Assembly: GCA_963707915.1 (NCBI GenBank)
Contig: OY970178.1
Span: 1,216,001 to 1,280,000, forward strand
Source: Candidatus Eiseniibacteriota bacterium
GTDB lineage: Bacteria > Eisenbacteria > RBG-16-71-46
DNA: 64,000 bases
Reading direction: 5' to 3'
The translations under genes and the position numbers were made by a program. The number at the start of each line of letters is the position of its first letter. The stretch's first letter is position 1. The notes below the pieces were generated by a model that saw nothing but the letters and a program-made list of their open reading frames with translations, was not told where the DNA came from and made no database searches. This document shows, one piece after another, positions 58,169 through 64,000 of the stretch.

Positions 58169-59447
58169 GGTAGCGTCAAGAGTCATGTGTCAGGAGGAAG
58201 GGGGCTGAGGTTCCGGCCTTGTGGTTTTCGTAGGTGAAGACGGCGAACAGGATGCGCTCCATGGAGGTGCGGTCACTGAAGACCCCCATGGGGCGCGTTC
58301 TTCTGCGGACCTCGCGGAAGCGGCGTTCGATGGCGTTGGTGGTGCGGGTGGCCTGGCGCCAGGCGGAATCGTCGAAGGCGAAGAACGCCAGCAGGTCCTC
58401 GAGGTCCTGCTGCAGGCAGCGGACCGCGGCCGGGTAGCGGGTGTGCCAGCGGTCGACCAGGTGCCGGGCGGCCGCTCGTGCAGTGGTGCGGTTGACTGCG
58501 TGGCTGATGCGGTGCAGGTCGCGCTTGACCCGCTCGCGGTCGGTGTCTCGCACCTTGTCGAGGATGTTGCGGGTCTTGTGGGCCCAGCAGCGGCCGACCC
58601 GGACCCGCGGGTAGACCAGCGGCAGCGCGGCGAGCAGACCGGCACCGCCATCGGTGGCGATCAGGGTGAGGCCCTCGCCGGTGAGCCCGCGGGCATAGAG
58701 ATCGTTGAGGAACGCCTCCCAGGCCGGCTGGCTCTCGGCCGGGGCGAGGCGGAAGTCGAGGATCTCCTTCTTCCCGGCGAGCGTGATCCCGAGCGCCACC
58801 AGCACGGGCCGGCGCAACGCCCCGGCGCCGCTCTTGCGGGCCAGCACCACGCCATCGAGCAGCACGGCCCGGTAACGGTTGGCGAGCGGGCGACGATGGA
58901 ACGCGGCGGCCGCCTCATCCAGGCCCCGCGCCACCCGGCTCACCGTCGCCGGGCTGACCCGCTCGCCCAGCAGGGGCAGCAGCGCCTCGCCCACCTTGCG
59001 GGTCGAAAGCCCGAGGACGAAGCCGGCCAGGATCACCCGCTCGAGTTGGGGCACCCGCCGGGCATAGCGGCCCAGCACGGCGACCGCGCTGTAGGTCCGG
59101 GAGCGTGGCACCTGCAACTCCAGGACGCCGACCTCATGCCACAGCCAGCGGCGGTAGCTGCCATTGCGGCGGTCAGCGACCCCGGCCGCGGCCAGTTCGG
59201 CGATCCGGTTGCCCACCAGGCCGTGCATCCGCTCCTCGATCACCCGCCGGACCGCGGCCTGGCTCGCCTGCCTCAGCTCGTTCCACTCCGGCGCCTGCAC
59301 CGCCATCGACTTGAGCATCCGCACCGCCTGCTTCACACTGCGCACCGCAGCGACCTGCTGCATGGGGGTACCTCCTTGAGGTGGTTGGCCCTGCCTCTGT
59401 TGGAGTACCCCCTTCCTTGTCCCTGACACAAACACTGGTACATCACC
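58169..59447 (-). mobile_element. IS256-family insertion sequence (1279 bp), 8-bp target duplication GGTTCGTC
   Basis: TSD at 58161-58168 and 59448-59455; imperfect terminal IRs GGTAGCGTCAAGAGTCATGTGTCAGG / GGTGATGTACCAGTGTTTGTGTCAGG. Confidence 0.93.
58176..59363 (-). CDS. IS256 (Mutator-like) DDE transposase
   Basis: RRNGSY, GLSTRKV, LDGV, ATDG, CWAHK, RTTNAIER..EVRRRTRPMGVF; intact ORF. Confidence 0.94.
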   Translation of the reverse strand: MQQVAAVRSVKQAVRMLKSMAVQAPEWNELRQASQAAVRRVIEERMHGLVGNRIAELAAAGVADRRNGSYRRWLWHEVGVLELQVPRSRTYSAVAVLGRYARRVPQLERVILAGFVLGLSTRKVGEALLPLLGERVSPATVSRVARGLDEAAAAFHRRPLANRYRAVLLDGVVLARKSGAGALRRPVLVALGITLAGKKEILDFRLAPAESQPAWEAFLNDLYARGLTGEGLTLIATDGGAGLLAALPLVYPRVRVGRCWAHKTRNILDKVRDTDRERVKRDLHRISHAVNRTTARAAARHLVDRWHTRYPAAVRCLQQDLEDLLAFFAFDDSAWRQATRTTNAIERRFREVRRRTRPMGVFSDRTSMERILFAVFTYENHKAGTSAPFLLTHDS

Positions 59448-60194
59448 GGTTCGTCTCCACCCTCGCGGTCACGGAGAAATGAGTAGAGACTGAGGAGCCC
59501 GGGGCCGGACAGGACGCGCTCCACGCTCACGTGCCCGAAGCGGGCCTGGAGGTGCCGCAGCAACTCCATCTCGATCTCCTCGGCAGGAGCGAAGTCCGCG
59601 TGTCCTCCTTCGCTGGCGAGCGCCATGGCACCGGCCGGGCCCCGAATCAGGGCTGAGAACCCCAGGCCGGTGCCCGCGGCGATGACCGCGGCGTTCCCCC
59701 GGGTGCCGGAGCCTTCCTGAAGTGGCGCCAGGTCGACCGCCGCCAGACGCTCGACCGCCCAGGCATGTGCCTCGACATCGTTGAGCAGCACGACCGACGC
59801 CAGCCCGAGTCGCCGCGCGAGACTCCTTCCGTCGATCAGCCAGGGAAGATTCGTCGTGTGCACCTGCCCCCCCACGACCGGTCCGGCCACGCCGAAGCCG
59901 GCCGCCTGGAGGCGTGAAGCCCCTCCGCTCAGGAAGTGTTCGATGATTCCGTCGAGCGAGTCGTGATCGCGGCTGGGATAGGTCGCGAATCGAACGAACT
60001 CCAGCACGCCCTGCTTCTCCTCCAGGAGTGCCAGGTTCGTCTTCGTCCCACCGATGTCGCATGCCAAGATCATCGTCACCCGCCTCTATGTTGTCGCATT
60101 CGTCATGGCGGGCGCCGGCCATGGTCCGGCTGGTCCGTGCCCGGCACCCCGCAGCCCGGCGCGATCCAGCCGCGCGCCGGCCTGCCATAGGACC

Positions 60195-60977
60195 TCACCC
60201 GCCATGCGAGAAGTCCGGGTAGTCCGTCATGCCCCCGTCCACGAAGACCGTCGTGCCGGTGACGTAGGCGGCGGCGTCAGACACCAGGAGCACGGCCATC
60301 CGAGCGATCTCCTCGGGCGTACCCATGCGGCCCATGGGGATCTTCTCCATCAGGTCCGCGTAGAGCCCGGGGTCCTTCCACACGCTCTCGTTGATCGAGG
60401 TCCGGACCGCCCCAGGCCCGAGCGCCAGGACCCGCACGCCGAAAGGCCCGGCTTCCTGTGCGAGCGTCCGGGTCAGCATGCCGAGGCCCGCCTTGCTCGC
60501 GGTGTAGGCGCTGTACCCGGACCACGGGATCACCTCGTGAACCGAGGTCAGGTTGAGGACGACCCCCGACTTCTGCGCGATCATGCGCCGCAGGGCCTCG
60601 CGGGCGCAGAGGAATGCGCCCACGAGGTTCACCTCGAGAACGCGCCGCCATTGGGCCGGGTCGGCCTGCCAGCCTCGCGCCGAGGGGCCATCGATGCCCG
60701 CGTTGTTCACGAGGATGTCCACGCCGCCGAGAGCCTGGTCGAGTTGCGCGTACATCCGCTCGACCTGCACCGCATCCGCGACGTCGGCGGACACACCGAG
60801 GGCCTCCCCGCCCCCTTGCCGGATCTCTTCGACCACGGCCTGGGCCTCTTCCGGCCTCACCACGTAGTTCACGGCCACGCGAGCCCCCGCCGCGCCCAGG
60901 GCGAGGGCGATCGCGCGGCCGATCCCGGAGTTGGCGCCCGTCACCAGCGCCCGCCTTCCGTCGAGTCGGATGTCCAT
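60195..60977 (-). CDS. SDR oxidoreductase, glucose 1-dehydrogenase-like
   Basis: TGANSGIG, NNAG, SVHEVIPW..YTASK, PGAVRTSIN, FVDGGM. Confidence 0.85.
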   Translation of the reverse strand: MDIRLDGRRALVTGANSGIGRAIALALGAAGARVAVNYVVRPEEAQAVVEEIRQGGGEALGVSADVADAVQVERMYAQLDQALGGVDILVNNAGIDGPSARGWQADPAQWRRVLEVNLVGAFLCAREALRRMIAQKSGVVLNLTSVHEVIPWSGYSAYTASKAGLGMLTRTLAQEAGPFGVRVLALGPGAVRTSINESVWKDPGLYADLMEKIPMGRMGTPEEIARMAVLLVSDAAAYVTGTTVFVDGGMTDYPDFSHGG

Positions 60978-61009
60978 GCTGAGTCTCCCCGTGGCCAACG
61001 TCTGTCGGG

Positions 61010-63448
61010 TCAGGTCCCCGGCGCCGCGATGCCGGCATCGGGTGCTTCGACGACCTGGATCTCGAAGTCCCTGCCCTCCCAGCGATCCACTTCCTGCCAA
61101 TGGAAGGTGAAGCGTACCGTCGTGCCCACCGGCAGATCACTCGTAAGCAGGTCCACGACATGCACGCCCAGGCCGGTGTCGCGACTGTCGGTATCGTGGA
61201 CGCTCTTCCAGTCGTCGGGACTCCAGCGAACCCGAGCGGGCGCCAGGAGCTCCAGACGGAGCGTCTTCGCTTTCTCCAGCGTGCGGCGCTTGTGGTTGAA
61301 ACGCCAGGTCGCGTGGGGGGAGCGGGTGCGCGCCACCTGGTAGCGCTGGACCGTCTGCGGGGGCATGTCGAAGACGCGCCCGTCACGGATCGAACGCAAC
61401 AGCTTGACGTACTCCGCGTGCGCCCAGACCAGGGGCATCGCGGATCCCGACGGTCGGCCGGAGAAGAGCTCCTTCTCCGGGATATCGGGCGCGTCCCAGA
61501 CCTGTTCGGGCAGCAGACCTCCCTCGTTGGCGAAGCGGCCGAACGCCTGGAGCAGTTGCTCCGCATCCTCCCGCCGCCCTGCTGCCAGTTCGTAGTGCGC
61601 GCGTTCGCCCACGAGCAGGGGCCAGACCCGCCCGGTACCGGTTCCGTCGAAGGCGCTGCCATCTTCATGCTCGCCGTAGCCGTCGTCGTTGTAGCGGTGC
61701 CAAGCGGGCCCGCACGGTGTGTCCACCCGGAGCATGGCGTCGATGACCTTCACGGTGTCCGTGATGCGGGGATCGTCGGGCGCTCGGAGACCGAAGCGCA
61801 CCAGAGCCAGAGCATCGAGACTGACAATGTGCGCCACGGGGAATTCGCTCTGCCCCGGCGGACGGTTCTTGATGGGCACGAACCCGCCTGCCGGCGATGC
61901 GGCGTCCGCCGATTCGCAGGGGGCGATGCGAACGTAGTACCCGCGCACCCCCAGGTCGAGGCAGAGAGCGGTGCCCGTCACGTAAGTCCAGCGTTCGACG
62001 CAGCTGTTCCAGGCGTCCGCGGTCTCCTGCAGGAAGCCGACCACGCCTGGTTCCCCGTTGAGCTGCGCCAGGTCCGCAGCGGCCAGCAGGGCCGCGATCT
62101 CCACCGCCAGCGTGAAGGGCGAGTATCCCGGGTCCTCCTCCCAGCGATCCTGCTGCGTCACCGGGCCGTTGCAGGCGACGAAGCCGGCTGCGCGCCTCAC
62201 CATCGGCCATAGCTGGCGCAACTCCTCGTCGTCGAGGGCGCCCTCCCGGCGCGCGAGATCGACGAGCAGGATCGGGAATGCGGTCTCGTCCATCTGGATG
62301 CCGTGCCAGTACGGTGTGCCGTCGAGCCACATGTTCTGCGGCCAGTGTCCGTCGGCCTCCTGGGTCACTTGGAGATAGAGCAGCGCGCGACGGACGTCAT
62401 CGCGGGCCCCGGCGGCCAGCAACCCGCCCACCGATTCCACCAGATCCCGCGGCCAGACCAGGTGGTAGCCGCCGAGATCGTCGTCGCCCTTGGCGAAGCC
62501 CCAGGGAATCGAGAGGCTGGCGATCAGACCTCCCGGCAGGCGCTTCGATTCGTGGGTGCGCAGGACGATCGTGCTCGCGCGGAGGAGACCCGGGCGCGCC
62601 GGCGGGGGTTCCGGCAGGGCTTGCAGGCCCTGCTGCCACTCCAGCCAGCCGCTCACGTACTCGTTCCTGGATCGCTCGAATCCCCGCCTGAGGCTCGCCG
62701 AAGCGCGTCCGGCGGCCTCCGCCGGATTGCGGCCGAATCCGAGCGCCAGCAGGAAGAGACCCTCACAGGACTCGAGGTCGACCTCACCACAGAGCGCGAC
62801 GTTGCCGTTCTCCGCCCGCCGGTAGGTCCAGGCCATCAACCTGTGGCGAACCAGATCCTGCCAGCCGTCGGACACTCCCACGAACCCGGCCGACCGCCTG
62901 CGCCAGGGCGCGGAGCAGGCGAGCGCCAGCGCGGTGGCACCGCGCTCGGCGAGGAGCATCGGCACGCCCTTGTACTCCCCGACCCAGGCGGTGTTTCCCG
63001 CGCCATGATTCGCGAGGTGAGGGGCCAGGAGCACGTGCAGGTGATAGTCCGCCAGGGCTCCCTGGAGGGGGACGAAACGCGTGCGTTGCAGTACGACGTC
63101 AGAGCGAGGGTCCGTGATGATGTCCTTCTCGATCTGATAGCGACCCTCCAGACAGCGGTTGATCAGATGGTGGGCGGGCACGCCGTCCACGGGATACGTG
63201 ACCTCCGATCGTGCGTGGCGCTTCTCCTCGGAGAAGAAACCACGGCCGTCCGTCACGATCAGGCCAAGGTCGCGCGTGCAGGCTTGGTCGACCTCGGGGT
63301 AGTAGATCTCGTTCATGATCCCGTGGCTGAGCGTGAACCACACGCGGCTGTGGGGACTCAGGGACGTACCGATGCCGCTCTTGGCGCTCGAGGTCCAGCG
63401 CGGCGATCCACCGGGCCAGCCTGGGGCAAGACCGTCGTGCTCATCCAT
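61010..63448 (-). CDS. GH15 glucoamylase/glucodextranase-like glucan 1,4-alpha-glucosidase
   Basis: ASLSIPWG, GYHLVWPRD, QDRWEE, RYNDDGYGE, LPEQVWD, SAMPLVWAHAEY. Confidence 0.9.
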   Translation of the reverse strand: MDEHDGLAPGWPGGSPRWTSSAKSGIGTSLSPHSRVWFTLSHGIMNEIYYPEVDQACTRDLGLIVTDGRGFFSEEKRHARSEVTYPVDGVPAHHLINRCLEGRYQIEKDIITDPRSDVVLQRTRFVPLQGALADYHLHVLLAPHLANHGAGNTAWVGEYKGVPMLLAERGATALALACSAPWRRRSAGFVGVSDGWQDLVRHRLMAWTYRRAENGNVALCGEVDLESCEGLFLLALGFGRNPAEAAGRASASLRRGFERSRNEYVSGWLEWQQGLQALPEPPPARPGLLRASTIVLRTHESKRLPGGLIASLSIPWGFAKGDDDLGGYHLVWPRDLVESVGGLLAAGARDDVRRALLYLQVTQEADGHWPQNMWLDGTPYWHGIQMDETAFPILLVDLARREGALDDEELRQLWPMVRRAAGFVACNGPVTQQDRWEEDPGYSPFTLAVEIAALLAAADLAQLNGEPGVVGFLQETADAWNSCVERWTYVTGTALCLDLGVRGYYVRIAPCESADAASPAGGFVPIKNRPPGQSEFPVAHIVSLDALALVRFGLRAPDDPRITDTVKVIDAMLRVDTPCGPAWHRYNDDGYGEHEDGSAFDGTGTGRVWPLLVGERAHYELAAGRREDAEQLLQAFGRFANEGGLLPEQVWDAPDIPEKELFSGRPSGSAMPLVWAHAEYVKLLRSIRDGRVFDMPPQTVQRYQVARTRSPHATWRFNHKRRTLEKAKTLRLELLAPARVRWSPDDWKSVHDTDSRDTGLGVHVVDLLTSDLPVGTTVRFTFHWQEVDRWEGRDFEIQVVEAPDAGIAAPGT

Positions 63449-63526
63449 CGCTCGCCTCCTCGATACCCGTCCCCCCGCTCGGCGCGCCCTGGGGCGAGTG
63501 GCCGTGCCGGATACGGGGCCCTGTCG

Positions 63527-64000
63527 TCATGCACGCATCTCGCGCGGATGTCTGCCCGTGCGCCAGTGGGACTCGATCTGCTCCAGGCTCCGCCCCTTGG
63601 TCTCGGGCACCAGGACGTAGGCGAAGATCCAGGCGCCAATCCCGACCAGGCCAAACAGCCAGAAGGTCCCGGGGCGCCCGACGAACTGGATCAACGTGAG
63701 GAAGGTGAGCGCGACGAGCAGGTTCGCGCCCCAGTTGGCGACCGTGGCGATGCTCATGGCCACGCCGCGGATCGACAGCGGGTAGATCTCGGCGATCAGC
63801 AGCCAGAAGACCGGACCCAGACCGACGGCAAAGGCACCGACGTAGAGCATCAGGCTGCCGACGGCGATGGTCCCCAGGCTCCGGAGCGTCGGGAAGAGGA
63901 AGGCAGCCCCCAGCGCCACGAGGCTGACGACCATGACCGCCATGCCCACAAGCAACAAGGGCCGCCTGCCGACGCGGTCGAGAAGGATCAGTGCGACGAT
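63527..64000 (-). CDS. Sugar porter family MFS transporter (5' end outside window)
   Basis: DRVGRRPLL, GLGPVFWLLIAEIYP, VPETKGRSLEQIE. Confidence 0.92.
   Translation of the reverse strand: MVALILLDRVGRRPLLLVGMAVMVVSLVALGAAFLFPTLRSLGTIAVGSLMLYVGAFAVGLGPVFWLLIAEIYPLSIRGVAMSIATVANWGANLLVALTFLTLIQFVGRPGTFWLFGLVGIGAWIFAYVLVPETKGRSLEQIESHWRTGRHPREMRA

Larger units (their letters stand above)
57776..60079 (-). pseudogene. glk: Glucokinase interrupted by IS256
   Basis: DIGGTKT, GVAGPV, LNDVEA, GTGLG, SEGGH, VSVERVLSGPG, then GDEP|IS|AWLTE..GAEAGN..GVYLGGGIA; frame restores on removing the IS and one TSD copy. Confidence 0.92.

Noticed and set aside
1..64000. CRISPR array, rRNA, prophage or defence system
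   Set aside because: No regularly spaced short repeats, rRNA-like sequence, or recognisable phage or defence genes were seen.

Overview
Chromosomal window of a very GC-rich diderm bacterium. Gene content and a C-terminal TWGxLKxLYR motif suggest a Ca. Eisenbacteria/Krumholzibacteria-like lineage (inference). Almost everything is on the minus strand. In coordinate order: (1) the start of the dcw cluster (mraZ, an inserted STAS gene, rsmH, ftsL, ftsI, murE) with a clear sigma70 promoter and MraZ boxes; (2) a ~34 kb envelope/protein glycosylation locus with several GT-C membrane transferases, GT4/GT2 enzymes, polyprenol-P-mannose synthase, YfhO, AsnB, a FemAB-like GNAT, a PorZ-like propeller, Wzx and UPF0104 flippases, HddA/HddC, an epimerase, three methyltransferases and two tandem DUF2723/TMEM260-like genes; (3) an FMN riboswitch-led ribD-ribE-ribBA-ribH-nusB operon that runs by stop/start overlaps into the glycosylation genes; (4) a secreted TWGRLKGLYR-tail protein with a structured leader, a TMTC-like GT-C/TPR gene, a small beta-barrel, ychF, an orphan zinc anti-sigma and tRNA-Lys(UUU); (5) from ~50.2 kb a visibly less GC-rich, decaying glucan/pentose-phosphate/stress region (glk interrupted by IS256, a gnd/zwf deletion chimera, truncated nhaP/mscS). 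The most striking signal is that the two DUF2723 genes share a ~1.63 kb near-identical block whose codons collapse to G-ending, giving intense strand skew as in GRINS gene-conversion elements, while their acceptor-side/TPR halves are patchily diverged. Single-base frameshifts in ftsI and across 11-19 kb are probably sequencing errors. All calls are by-eye motif recognition; no searches were run.
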